Below are positions 27,417 through 36,750 of a DNA stretch of 51,536 nt, piece by piece. A program made the position numbers and the translations under genes. The stretch's first letter is position 1. Each line of letters begins with the position of its first letter. A model generated the notes under the pieces. That model searched no databases. It saw nothing but the letters and a program-made list of their open reading frames with translations, and was not told the origin of the DNA. The DNA comes from Candidatus Omnitrophica bacterium CG22_combo_CG10-13_8_21_14_all_43_16 (GTDB lineage: Bacteria > Omnitrophota > Gorgyraeia > Gorgyraeales > Gorgyraeaceae), in NCBI GenBank assembly GCA_002771475.1, contig PCTH01000078.1:1-51536 (forward strand). The letters are read 5' to 3'.

Positions 27417-28175
27417 TTAGATGATATCGACGCTGGGTTTTGGGACCCAGCCTTTCAAATCCCCGGAAAGCTCAATTTCATACCAGTTCTGGACATCTTT
27501 TATTATATTTACCTTTGCGCCATCGTGGAGAGTAAACTGTAAAAGATAATCTTCTTTAGGGCCGCTTTTTACATCTATTTTTTCAGCCACAATAATCCCT
27601 GTTTTCGTAAAATTTTCTCTGCCTATTTTTGCGGATAAAAATATAAAAAGGATGAAAAATACGGCTCCAAACGAGCCTGCAGTATAAAACATAAGCCGCC
27701 TTTTGGCAATAACTTTTATTGATAAAATTAAAAATAAAACCACGGCCAGATAAAATAACGAGCACATTGCCGCGAGTTCATTCACAGTCATCCTGTCGTA
27801 TAAAAAAAGTATAGCGCCAAGGATAAAACCTCTTTCAGGGGCGCTTATTTTATCAACAGCCATTGACCTGGCAATTTTAAGGTTCTGGCGAATATCTCTA
27901 TCGCGCGGATCCAATCTCAGCGCCCTTTCGTAATTCAGGATACACAAGCCTATCTTTTTCAATTTAAAATAACTGTTACCCAGATTATAAAATACCCCGG
28001 GGCTTATGTTGTCTGTTCTTAAAAGTTCTTCATAAAGAGATGCTGATTTTTTGTAATCCATGTCTTCATAACTTGAGTTTGCTTTTACATAAAGCTCTTC
28101 CGGGCTTTCAGCCGCAATCAATCTTCCGGCAGATATAAAAAATATTAAAAAATAAAGAATAAACATCTTTCTCAT
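27417..28175 (-). CDS. batE: BatE-like TPR + SH3b protein
   Basis: Signal peptide, TPR repeats (YNLGNSYFKLKKIGLCILNYERALRLDP), TM segments and a C-terminal SH3b-like VNIIKDVQNWYEIELSGDLKGWVPKPSV. It is the last gene of the Bat block. Confidence 0.7.
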   Translation of the reverse strand: MRKMFILYFLIFFISAGRLIAAESPEELYVKANSSYEDMDYKKSASLYEELLRTDNISPGVFYNLGNSYFKLKKIGLCILNYERALRLDPRDRDIRQNLKIARSMAVDKISAPERGFILGAILFLYDRMTVNELAAMCSLFYLAVVLFLILSIKVIAKRRLMFYTAGSFGAVFFILFIFLSAKIGRENFTKTGIIVAEKIDVKSGPKEDYLLQFTLHDGAKVNIIKDVQNWYEIELSGDLKGWVPKPSVDII

Positions 28176-30007
28176 ATATATCTCTCCAGGCCCGTGATAA
28201 TGCCCTCTGCCTGTTTCAGGGTGCGGCTCATGTCATCTTTTGTAAATTTCGCTGACGCAAACCGCGCCATATCGCAATCATCAAATAATATTTTTACTTC
28301 GCCTATCATCTCTCCGGCAAGCCCTGTTTCCGTCAATTTCTCCCCCAGTGAATCCTTAGTAATGGATGGATGCGGTATATTCAATTTATCGGCTATGTAT
28401 TCTATTACCGCCTTATAAATCTCTGTATAAAATTCTTTTACCATATTTTTATTGGCCAGGTTTTTGGCGGCTTTAAGTCTTTTTGAAGCAGCGCCTCTGG
28501 CCCGTAAAGACCTTGCATAACCTATGTCTGTCTTAAGCCTGTTTTTGTACAATTCAAATAAATAAACGGCTATAAGGATAAGAAACGGCAATATATTCAT
28601 CAATAAAAATATTTTGTTTTTATATAAAAAATTATCTTTGGGGGAAAATCTCGGCGGCAGAGTCTTGATGTAAGCTATGTCGCTTTTCAGGAGACGGACT
28701 TCTTCTTTGGAAGCGGCCAGCGGGATTGAATCTGTTTTCTCGGAAGGCTCGTCTTTGGATTTTGTGGCATTTATGACAATAGGATCCAGCTTTTTATATA
28801 CATAATCCTTCAAAACAGGGTCGAAATAGGCATACGCTATAGGTCCTATAGCAAAACTGCCGGATTTTTTCGGGATGACCATCTTTTCAAATACCTTTTC
28901 TCCCTGGACCACATAATTATCTTTTGAGATATTTTCCGAGCTTCCAGAATCGTAAAGCTTGGCGCCCTGGATATCAGGCAAACCCGGGGAAGATATTGTT
29001 TTAATATTGCCTTTTCCTTTTATTTTTATTTTCAGGCTTACGGGCTGATTTTCTTCGACTGTATTTTTATCAACATTCAGCGAGATATCGAAATCGCCTA
29101 CATCTCCCTTGAAATCATCAGGCTTATTCTGTTCAGGCAAAGGCAATATCTCCAATTCTATGGGGTCTGTCTGAAGCGCTATCGGCTTGCCTGCCTTGAA
29201 CATGCCGAATGGATCCTGGTTAAACATATCAAAAGGGTCCTTTGGAAAAACCCTGCCTGCGTCTTCCAACGAAGCCTCTAACCTGGCAGGTGATATGGTA
29301 AATCCTCCAGGGCTTGTGGCAAAGAGCGCGGTTTTAATTTCTGTTACCAGGTATCTTGTGCCGTTTATAACCTTGTAATATTTTTTCTGCGGAGGCATGT
29401 CTTCTGCCCAGAAGCCGGTAGTGACAGGAGGATTATAAACAGGGTTGTCAAATAAACTCACCGCCTGATAAAAGGCAAAGGTAAGTGTTACCTGCTCATT
29501 TACATATGCCCTGAGTTTATCTACATATGCTTTTATAAAAAGCTCTTTTCCGGCTTGAGGCTGGTTTGAACCCTGATCTATAGGCTCAGAAGACTGAACG
29601 CTGGGCTGAGAAGGCGACTGCGCCTGGGAATTTCCGGGCAATACTTTTATATTGATAGCTCCCGCGGAATATGTATTGCCTTTGTAGTTGATGCTGAACG
29701 GGCCGACAGTATAATCCCCTATATTGTTAGGCACTAATATATAGGTAAAGGTGACTGAGCTTGAAACCTGGCCATTTATAATAGAGAGATTCTGCGATCT
29801 GCCTGATGAATAAGATGTAAAGCCTTTAAGATCCGGGATATCGGGCTGAGGTATATTTGATATATTACCCGATACTGTTATAGTAAGGGTTACCTGTCCG
29901 TCTAAAGTGATTTCCTGCCTATCGGCATCAGCGGATATAGTAATATCCTCTGCGCGGCAAACTACGGCTATTAAAAAAACCGATAAAAAAATACAAAGAT
30001 ATTTCAT
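28172..30007 (-). CDS. batD: BatD family protein
   Basis: Signal peptide and a repeated beta-rich ectodomain (ITLDGQVTLTITVSGNISNIPQPDIPDLKGF). A late TM helix (IFLLMNILPFLILIAVYLF) is followed by a cytoplasmic tail, the usual BatD layout. Confidence 0.75.
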   Translation of the reverse strand: MKYLCIFLSVFLIAVVCRAEDITISADADRQEITLDGQVTLTITVSGNISNIPQPDIPDLKGFTSYSSGRSQNLSIINGQVSSSVTFTYILVPNNIGDYTVGPFSINYKGNTYSAGAINIKVLPGNSQAQSPSQPSVQSSEPIDQGSNQPQAGKELFIKAYVDKLRAYVNEQVTLTFAFYQAVSLFDNPVYNPPVTTGFWAEDMPPQKKYYKVINGTRYLVTEIKTALFATSPGGFTISPARLEASLEDAGRVFPKDPFDMFNQDPFGMFKAGKPIALQTDPIELEILPLPEQNKPDDFKGDVGDFDISLNVDKNTVEENQPVSLKIKIKGKGNIKTISSPGLPDIQGAKLYDSGSSENISKDNYVVQGEKVFEKMVIPKKSGSFAIGPIAYAYFDPVLKDYVYKKLDPIVINATKSKDEPSEKTDSIPLAASKEEVRLLKSDIAYIKTLPPRFSPKDNFLYKNKIFLLMNILPFLILIAVYLFELYKNRLKTDIGYARSLRARGAASKRLKAAKNLANKNMVKEFYTEIYKAVIEYIADKLNIPHPSITKDSLGEKLTETGLAGEMIGEVKILFDDCDMARFASAKFTKDDMSRTLKQAEGIITGLERYI

Positions 30008-30008
30008 G

Positions 30009-30812
30009 CTACCAATCCTTATCCACTCTATACCTGCCTTCTACAGGCTGATTTCTTAATTCTTTCTGCAAATTCTTTTCGTCATCGTTAAGCGCGTCCA
30101 AAAGCCTCGCGGCATCCTCTTTTGACATCTCGTCTTTCTTCTCTTCTCCGGAAGATTTTCGTTCTTCTTGTTTTTCTTCCCGGCTTTTTTGCTGCGCGCT
30201 TTCCTGCTTAGCCTGATTTTCTTTTTCTTGTTTCCGGCTGTCTTTTTCTGACTCTTTGGATTCTGATTGTTTTTGTTCTTTATTCTGCTCTTCCTGACGC
30301 TCGGAAGGCTTGTTTTGTCTTTGCTGTTCTTTATCCTTATTTTCTTCCTGCCGGGATTCTTTCTTTTGATCGTTTTGTTTCTTGGGCTGTTCTTTTAATT
30401 TTTTCTTTATAAATTCTATATTATACTTTGCATCTTCATCTTCAGGATTAATCTCCAGGCATTTTTTATAGTCTTCTATTGCCTCCTGCAGCTTGCCCAT
30501 CCTGTAATGCGTATTCCCAATATTATAATACGCCTTTGACCGAAGTTCACTATTTTTTGAATCGAGGGTTTTCTCGTATTTATTGAATGCGTCTTCATAT
30601 TTTTTCTGTACGTGCAGGCCATTACCTATATTATAGTGAAGCTTGTCGCTATCCGGATTGTCAATCTGGGCATCGCGCCATTTTGACAGGGCCTCATCAA
30701 CCTTGCCATCTTTATAAAGCTTATTGCCCTGGGCATTCTTCGAGGCAAGCGAATCTCCCCACATCCAGCCCAATACAGAAATATAAAATACTAATGCCAA
30801 AAATATCTTCAT
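30009..30812 (-). CDS. batC: BatC-like TPR protein with K/E/Q-rich low-complexity tail
   Basis: TPR repeats (YNIGNGLHVQKKYEDAFNKYEKTL, YNIGNTHYRMGKLQEAIEDYKKCLEINP). A run of about 90 aa rich in K/E/Q follows. The conserved end is AARLLDALNDDEKNLQ...RVDKDW. Confidence 0.75.
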   Translation of the reverse strand: MKIFLALVFYISVLGWMWGDSLASKNAQGNKLYKDGKVDEALSKWRDAQIDNPDSDKLHYNIGNGLHVQKKYEDAFNKYEKTLDSKNSELRSKAYYNIGNTHYRMGKLQEAIEDYKKCLEINPEDEDAKYNIEFIKKKLKEQPKKQNDQKKESRQEENKDKEQQRQNKPSERQEEQNKEQKQSESKESEKDSRKQEKENQAKQESAQQKSREEKQEERKSSGEEKKDEMSKEDAARLLDALNDDEKNLQKELRNQPVEGRYRVDKDW

Positions 30813-31810
30813 TTCTTCTTTCTATCCCCTATTATAAATTCAATACACAGCAAGATAAAAGCAATGCCCAGAAAAGACTGAAACCTGTCTTCGTACTCGG
30901 TAAACAATCTGTCCGAAAGCTCTTTTTTTTCCATCCTGGCTATGTCGTCGTAAATTTTATCCAGCTCAAACTCTCCGGCTGTTGCATGGTAATATTTTCC
31001 GCCTGTAATCATCGCTATCTTCCGGAGCGTTTCTTCGCCCAGCCTGGTCATCACGACTTCCCCGCGTTTATCTTTTTTATACCCGCTGATATTGCCGGCC
31101 TGATCTATAATAGGTATAGGCTCCCCTTTTTTAGTGCCTATCCCTATCGTGTATATTATAATACCGTCTTTTTTTGCCTCATTAGCTGCGCCTATGGGAT
31201 TTGTATCGTGGTCTTCCCCGTCTGTAAGAAGCACCATAACTTTATACTTTCTTTCTTTTTTGGAAAATCCTTTGACAGCTGAGCTGATAGCTTCTCCTAT
31301 CGCAGTGCCTGGTTTCGGCATTATGCCCGGTTCTATCACGCTCAGAAACATCTTTGCCGCGCCATAGTCCAGCGTGAGCGGGCATTGCATAAAACTATCA
31401 CCTGCAAATGTCAGGATGCCCACCCTGTCTCCTTTGAATTTATCTATAAAAGAGCTGATTTCAAGCTTTGCCTTTTCCAGGCGGTTTGGTTTTATATCCT
31501 GGGCCAGCATGCTTGAAGAGGTATCCACCGCGACCAGAATATCAACCCCGTACCGCTTTGCCATGGTAAGCTTCGCGCCTATCTGAGGCCTGGCCAAAGC
31601 CAGTATAAGAAAACTTAAAACAATGACTATCAAAACCTTCCTTAGGTTTTCCCTGGCATGGCTTTTTGAAAAAGAAAGCTTTTCTACAAGGCTCGCATCC
31701 CCGAACCTTTCTATCTTTTTTCTCCTTTGTATCCCGATAAATATAAAAAACACTGCCAGCGCTGGAATAAATAAAAGAAAATTCAAATATACCGGTGATC
31801 CCCAATTCAT
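30809..31810 (-). CDS. batB: VWA domain protein BatB
   Basis: N-terminal TM segments. MIDAS motif VAVDTSSSM. Also VMVLLTDGEDH and IIIYTIGIGT. Confidence 0.8.
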   Translation of the reverse strand: MNWGSPVYLNFLLFIPALAVFFIFIGIQRRKKIERFGDASLVEKLSFSKSHARENLRKVLIVIVLSFLILALARPQIGAKLTMAKRYGVDILVAVDTSSSMLAQDIKPNRLEKAKLEISSFIDKFKGDRVGILTFAGDSFMQCPLTLDYGAAKMFLSVIEPGIMPKPGTAIGEAISSAVKGFSKKERKYKVMVLLTDGEDHDTNPIGAANEAKKDGIIIYTIGIGTKKGEPIPIIDQAGNISGYKKDKRGEVVMTRLGEETLRKIAMITGGKYYHATAGEFELDKIYDDIARMEKKELSDRLFTEYEDRFQSFLGIAFILLCIEFIIGDRKKK

Positions 31811-31869
31811 GCCATGCTCCTTACGTACAAGTCAAACAACTAGAAAAACGATAATGTTGAATTTATAGG

Positions 31870-32859
31870 TTATGGGATTTTGGCGAATAGCGTATTAGCC
31901 AATACTATTTCCAGCAATATCAGCAAAAACCCGGGTAATATAAAAAACCCTGCCAGCTCTGTGTAGTTTGCGTATTCCTTAGTCTCTATCTTTGTTTTTT
32001 CCAGCTGGCCTATTGTCTTATATATCTCCATTAACACTTCTTTATCCTTTGCCCTGAAATATAATCCTCCTGTTCCATCGGCAATTTTTTTAAGCAGCTC
32101 TTCATCAATCTCTGTATCCATATGCACATATCTTTTCCCGAAAACAGGATCTTCCACCGAGTACATTGCGCCGCCTGGTTTGCCAGCTCCTATGGTGTAT
32201 ATCTTTATTCCTAGCGCCTTTGCCGCTTTGGCTGCGGTAAGAGGATCGATCTTACCCGCATTATTAACCCCATCTGTTAAAAGTATTATTATCCTGGTTT
32301 TTACGCTAGAATCCCTGAGCCTGTTTACGGCATTGGCAATTGCCATCCCTATGGCAGTGCCGTCTTCTATCATGCCTATAGCTACTTTGTCCAGAAGCCC
32401 TGAAAGCGCGCCGTAATCAAGAGTAAGCGGGCACTGGGTAAAACTATATCTTGAAAATACCACCATCCCTATCCTGTCGTTACGCCTGGACTTTATAAAT
32501 TCCCTCAGCACATCTTTTGCGGCGTCCAGCCTGTTCTGCGGGCTGAAATCTTCCGCTTTCATACTGCCTGATATATCAAGGGTAAGCATAATATCAATGC
32601 CCTGCGTGATTATCTCTTCCTCTTTCTGTCCTGCCTGAGGCCTGGCGAGCGCCAGTACAAAAATAAAAATAGCCGCCATCCTTAATACCATCGGGGCGTG
32701 CCTGTGTTTCACGCGAAACCCGGGCCGTATATTCTTCGGGATAGCTATGTCTGAAAAGACAATGCCCGCCTCGCGTAACCCAGCCCGTCTGAAATAATCC
32801 CAGACCAACAAAGGAATAATGCCAAGCAATATTAAAAATAATGGATTAGCAAATCTCAT
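31870..32859 (-). CDS. batA: VWA domain protein BatA
   Basis: MRFANPLFLILLGIIPLL. MIDAS motif LTLDISGSM. Also IIILLTDGVNN, IKIYTIGAG and a C-terminal TM segment. Confidence 0.8.
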   Translation of the reverse strand: MRFANPLFLILLGIIPLLVWDYFRRAGLREAGIVFSDIAIPKNIRPGFRVKHRHAPMVLRMAAIFIFVLALARPQAGQKEEEIITQGIDIMLTLDISGSMKAEDFSPQNRLDAAKDVLREFIKSRRNDRIGMVVFSRYSFTQCPLTLDYGALSGLLDKVAIGMIEDGTAIGMAIANAVNRLRDSSVKTRIIILLTDGVNNAGKIDPLTAAKAAKALGIKIYTIGAGKPGGAMYSVEDPVFGKRYVHMDTEIDEELLKKIADGTGGLYFRAKDKEVLMEIYKTIGQLEKTKIETKEYANYTELAGFFILPGFLLILLEIVLANTLFAKIP

Positions 32860-33359
32860 GCTGTAGTTTTAGGGGCGGTTATGCTTATAAGCTCCGCTGC
32901 TTTTTTATACGAGTCTTCTATTTCTTTTTTATCCGGCGTATATTTTGCAAACTTTACCATGTCGCAATCTTCAAGGAAATCATTTATATTGTCTACGCGC
33001 ATGCGTTCTATCCTCTTCGACCTCATCTCCTGATAAAGTTCCCACGTAGTCCTGTCCATGGCGGATATCTTATGTCTGTTTTCTATATACGCGCGGATAA
33101 TATCCGAAAGCCTTATATAATATTCTTTGATCAGGCCTTTTTCTATCAGATTCATTTCCAAGAGAAGCCTCAGGGCATCTTTCGCGATGCCCTCAGGAGA
33201 TTTCTGAATCAAAATAGGTTTTGCTTCGGCAATTTTTTTCTTCTTAAAATAAATAAATGCCGCGATAGCCAGCGCTATTAAAATTAAAATAATGAACCGG
33301 AGACCGGGAAACGCCCCTTTTATGTCAAAAACATCTTTCAAAGGCCTTATATCATTCAT
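32856..33359 (-). CDS. DUF4381-like membrane protein
   Basis: Single TM helix (FIILILIALAIAAFIYF) followed by a helical domain. It occupies the position between DUF58 and batA where a DUF4381 protein usually sits. Confidence 0.5.
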   Translation of the reverse strand: MNDIRPLKDVFDIKGAFPGLRFIILILIALAIAAFIYFKKKKIAEAKPILIQKSPEGIAKDALRLLLEMNLIEKGLIKEYYIRLSDIIRAYIENRHKISAMDRTTWELYQEMRSKRIERMRVDNINDFLEDCDMVKFAKYTPDKKEIEDSYKKAAELISITAPKTTA

Positions 33360-33577
33360 ATGTTTATCTCTAATATTTTTCTATTACTGGCTTCGCCTGA
33401 TATGATTTTTATGTCCTGTTTTTTTACCCCAAACTCAAGCGCCAAAAGCTCTATCATCCTTTTATTGGCTTTTCCTTTTTCAGGAGGGCTGGATACCTTT
33501 ATCCTGTAATTATTTTCCGATATCTTTTCTACGATCTCTTTTTTGGCCCTGGCTATGACTTTTAATTCTATTCTCAT
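33356..33577 (-). CDS. DUF167 (YggU-like) protein
   Basis: The 73-aa sequence MRIELKVIARAKKEIVEKIS...IKVSSPPEKGKANKRMIELLALEFGVKKQDIKIISGEASNRKILEI shows the PExGKAN...G..S..K signature of YggU/UPF0235. The SD AAGGAGA lies 8 nt upstream. Confidence 0.75.
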   Translation of the reverse strand: MRIELKVIARAKKEIVEKISENNYRIKVSSPPEKGKANKRMIELLALEFGVKKQDIKIISGEASNRKILEINI

Positions 33578-33592
33578 TATTTAAATCTCCTT

Positions 33593-33637
33593 GAATATCG
33601 GAGTCCGACTCCCTATGGGAGTCGGACTCCGATATTC
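33593..33637. repeat. perfect 21-bp-stem hairpin overlapping the DUF58 stop codon
   Basis: GAATATCGGAGTCCGACTCCC-tat-GGGAGTCGGACTCCGATATTC. Each arm contains the 6-1-6 palindrome GGAGTC-N-GACTCC. Confidence 0.9.
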
Positions 33638-34514
33638 ATCTAAATCTTTTAGCCCGCATCCTGAAAAAAATTATCAACGGATCTATGTACGGCTTGTCGG
33701 TGGATATATTTATAGAGTCAACTCCGATGGACCGAAATGCCCTGTTTCTTGCATTCAGGAGATCCGATCTTTTTTTCGCAAGCTCTTTCCTTAACAAATC
33801 ATCTGATGTATCCAGATACAGGATTTCCCCTGTCTCCGCATCCTCAAATTTTACAAGGCCTATATCAGGCATATCCTTTTCTCTCGGGTCAGAGATAGAG
33901 ATACCTACAATATCGTGCCGCTTATTGAGGATTCCCAGGAGCTTCTCGTATCCCGTATCCATAAAATCAGAGATAAGAAAAACCACCGCTCTTTTTTTTA
34001 AAACCTTCCCAAGATATTCAACAGCTGAACCGATCGATGTCTTACTTGATTCAGGCTTATAATACAAAAGCTCTCTTATAACCCTCAATACATGCGGCCT
34101 GCCTTTTTTAGGCGGGATAAATTTTTCAACCTTATCGGTAAATAACAGCAATCCCACCTTATCGTTATTTTTTACAGCGCTGAAAGATAATACCGCTCCT
34201 ATCTCCGCCATCAGTTCCGTCTTCATTTTATTCCTGGTGCCGAAATTTCCGGAACCGCTCATATCAGCCATGATAATTACCGTAAGCTCTCTTTCTTCTA
34301 CGAATTTTTTGACATAAGGATGGCCTGAGCGCGCGGTCACGTTCCAGTCAATGGAGCGGATGTCATCACCCGGCACGTATTCCCGGACTTCATGGAACTC
34401 CATGCCCCTGCCTTTGAATACGGACTCGTACTCCCCGGCAAAGACATCATTCACAAGCCTTCCGGTGCGGATTTCAATCTGCCTTACTTTTTTTAGGATT
34501 TCTTTCGGGATCAT
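33636..34514 (-). CDS. DUF58 domain protein
   Basis: FHEVREYVPGDDIRSIDWNVTARSGHPYVKKF is the DUF58 signature. It is translationally coupled to moxR by a 4-nt overlap. Confidence 0.85.
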   Translation of the reverse strand: MIPKEILKKVRQIEIRTGRLVNDVFAGEYESVFKGRGMEFHEVREYVPGDDIRSIDWNVTARSGHPYVKKFVEERELTVIIMADMSGSGNFGTRNKMKTELMAEIGAVLSFSAVKNNDKVGLLLFTDKVEKFIPPKKGRPHVLRVIRELLYYKPESSKTSIGSAVEYLGKVLKKRAVVFLISDFMDTGYEKLLGILNKRHDIVGISISDPREKDMPDIGLVKFEDAETGEILYLDTSDDLLRKELAKKRSDLLNARNRAFRSIGVDSINISTDKPYIDPLIIFFRMRAKRFR

Positions 34515-35524
34515 GGAACTTCTATTTCATCAAAGACCTTCTTAACGATATTCTCGCTGGTCATCTCTTCGGCCTCTGCTTCGTAAGTCAGGATGACCCG
34601 GTGCCTTAAAATATCCATGCCTACCGCCTTTATGTCCTCAGGCGTTACATAGCCTCTTCCGCGGATAAATGCGTGAGCCTTGGAAGCTATATTGAGGTAT
34701 ATGGACGCCCTGGGGGATGCGCCATAAGCAATAAAATTTTTTATATCAAGATTGTACGCCTCCGGCGTGCGCGTAGCATAAACAATATCCACTATATAAT
34801 CCTTTACCTTATCGTCCATGTAAATCTGGTTCACGATCTCTCTCGCTTTTAAAATATCTCTGGGAGAAACTACAGCCTTCACCTCGCTCGGGTTATGTCC
34901 TGCCATGCGTTCCATAATTTCTTTTTCTTCAATCTTATCCGGATATTCTATTTTTATTTTCAGCATAAACCTGTCAACCTGCGCTTCGGGCAGAGGATAT
35001 GTTCCTTCCTGTTCTATCGGATTCTGAGTGGCCAAAACAAGAAAAGGCTCTTCCAGAGGATACGTGTTTTCCCCTATTGTAACCTGCCTCTCCTGCATTG
35101 CTTCCAGAAGCGCGCTCTGCACCTTTGCGGGCGCTCTATTGATCTCATCTGCAAGTATAAGATTTGAAAATATAGGGCCTTTTTTTGTAGTGAATGCCCC
35201 GTCTTTTGGATTATAGACAAGGGTGCCTATTAGGTCCGCGGGTAATAAATCCGGGGTAAATTGAATGCGCTGGAATTTTGTCTGGATACATCTGGAAAGG
35301 GTTTTTACGGCAAGCGTTTTAGCAAGGCCCGGCACGCCTTCTATTAAAATATGCCCGTTTGCAAGGAGGGCGATTATCAGCCTGTCCACAAGATAGCGCT
35401 GGCCGACTATGACCCTGGATAATTCCTGCGTGATTTCCTGAATAAAAAGGCTTGATTCTTTAACCTTGTCGTTTATCTGTCTTATGTCCTGGCCGTACTT
35501 AGGGTTAAAATCTGTCATGCGCAC
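34511..35524 (-). CDS. MoxR-family AAA+ ATPase
   Basis: Walker A GVPGLAKT and Walker B ILADEINRAPAKVQSALLEAMQE. Also ATQNPIEQEGTYPLPEAQVDRF. Confidence 0.92.
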   Translation of the reverse strand: MRMTDFNPKYGQDIRQINDKVKESSLFIQEITQELSRVIVGQRYLVDRLIIALLANGHILIEGVPGLAKTLAVKTLSRCIQTKFQRIQFTPDLLPADLIGTLVYNPKDGAFTTKKGPIFSNLILADEINRAPAKVQSALLEAMQERQVTIGENTYPLEEPFLVLATQNPIEQEGTYPLPEAQVDRFMLKIKIEYPDKIEEKEIMERMAGHNPSEVKAVVSPRDILKAREIVNQIYMDDKVKDYIVDIVYATRTPEAYNLDIKNFIAYGASPRASIYLNIASKAHAFIRGRGYVTPEDIKAVGMDILRHRVILTYEAEAEEMTSENIVKKVFDEIEVP

Positions 35525-35530
35525 CTCCTG

Positions 35531-36370
35531 TTAAATTGTCATATTTTCTAATCTCTTTACCCTTTCTTTTATAGGCGGATGCGTGCTGAAAAGCGCAGCA
35601 AGGCCTCCTGAGCTTAAAGGATTTACTATAAACAAATGAGCGGTTGTCTGGTTTGCGTTCATCGGATGGACTTTATTGCCTTTTTCTAATTTTAAAAGCG
35701 CGGCGCTGAGTCCCATAGGCGTACCTGCTATCATAGCGCCTCTTTTATCCGCGGAATATTCCCTGGATCTTGAAATCGCGAGCTGTATAAGCATGGCAGC
35801 TATAGGCGCCACTATAAACATAACTAACATGCCTATGCCGTTTCCTCCCCTGCCCCTGGAGCCTCTGGTTCCGAATATAGCCGCCCATCTTGCCCAGTTG
35901 GCAATCATCGTGATTGCGCCTGCAATAGTGGCTGCCACAGTCATGATAAGGGTATCTCTGTTTTTTATATGCGAAAGTTCGTGGGCTATAACGCCTTTTA
36001 ATTCTTCCCTGTCTAAAATATTCAATATGCCCTGGGTCACGCAGACAGCGGAATGTTTCGGAGACCTTCCTGTGGCAAATGCGTTGGGCGTATTCTGCGA
36101 AGTTATATAAACCCTGGGCATGGGCATTTTAGCAGATACCGCCAACTCCTTTACTATATTATATAATTCAGGCACTTCTTTAATATCCGCCTCTTTAGCG
36201 CCGTACATCGCCAGTACTATCTTGTCGCTGAACCAGTATGAAATCATGTTCATTATAAAAGCAAGCGCAAACGCGTATGTGGCGCCCTGTTGGCCCCCAA
36301 GATATCCGCCTACGAGCACAAAAATCATGGTCAGGACTACCAGCAACAAACCTGTTTTAAAATAATTCAT
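35531..36370 (-). CDS. htpX: M48 zinc metalloprotease HtpX
   Basis: HELSHIKNRD (HExxH) within a four-TM layout. C-terminal LFSTHPPIKERVKRL. I moved the start to MNYFKTGLLL (36370), the usual HtpX N-terminus. Confidence 0.88.
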   Translation of the reverse strand: MNYFKTGLLLVVLTMIFVLVGGYLGGQQGATYAFALAFIMNMISYWFSDKIVLAMYGAKEADIKEVPELYNIVKELAVSAKMPMPRVYITSQNTPNAFATGRSPKHSAVCVTQGILNILDREELKGVIAHELSHIKNRDTLIMTVAATIAGAITMIANWARWAAIFGTRGSRGRGGNGIGMLVMFIVAPIAAMLIQLAISRSREYSADKRGAMIAGTPMGLSAALLKLEKGNKVHPMNANQTTAHLFIVNPLSSGGLAALFSTHPPIKERVKRLENMTI

Positions 36371-36408
36371 AATTACCGCCTTCGTGTTAGCATACAATAC
36401 AAATGAAG

Positions 36409-36432
36409 AGAGCCCCAAGATTACAGGGCTCT
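36409..36432 (-). terminator. weak terminator-like hairpin between the 73-aa gene and htpX
   Basis: Minus strand reads AGAGCCC-(10 nt)-GGGCUCU followed by CUUCAUUUGUAUUG. Confidence 0.3.
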
Positions 36433-36461
36433 TCTTCTATTAATATAATATTATCAAAAAC

Positions 36462-36683
36462 TTATTTTTTCTCTTCTTTATTCTTAGCTTCTTCCTTCTT
36501 TGCCTGCATGCAATCTTTTATCTCGCTGATGCCTGCAAAAAGAGCAGCCAGGCCGCCTAATATTAATATCGGCGGAACACAGCCTTTCAAGAGCATTACA
36601 AAACTATACCACCACGTTATAAGCCCCCAAACACCAACGATGATACTTATCAGGCCGCCAAGTACTGTTATGTATTTTCCCAT
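36462..36683 (-). CDS. small two-TM membrane protein
   Basis: 73 aa with two hydrophobic helices (ITVLGGLISIIVGVWGLITWW and VPPILILGGLAALFAGI) and a K/E-rich tail. The SD GAAGGAGGGG is upstream. Confidence 0.55.
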   Translation of the reverse strand: MGKYITVLGGLISIIVGVWGLITWWYSFVMLLKGCVPPILILGGLAALFAGISEIKDCMQAKKEEAKNKEEKK

Positions 36684-36716
36684 TTCTTACCCCTCCTTCT
36701 TGTTTTAATACATCTA

Positions 36717-36745
36717 TTTATACCATTTAAGGTTGCCCTTGTCAA
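36717..36745 (-). promoter_or_regulatory. sigma70-like promoter of the 73-aa gene
   Basis: Minus strand reads TTGACA (36745-36740), a 17-nt spacer, then TATAAA (36722-36717). Confidence 0.45.
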
Positions 36746-36750
36746 TACCT

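Noticed and set aside
30100-30420. Repetitive-looking DNA that could be mistaken for a tandem repeat or CRISPR-like array.
   Set aside because: It is the K/E/Q-rich low-complexity coding tail of batC. There is no regular repeat/spacer periodicity and it lies inside an intact ORF.
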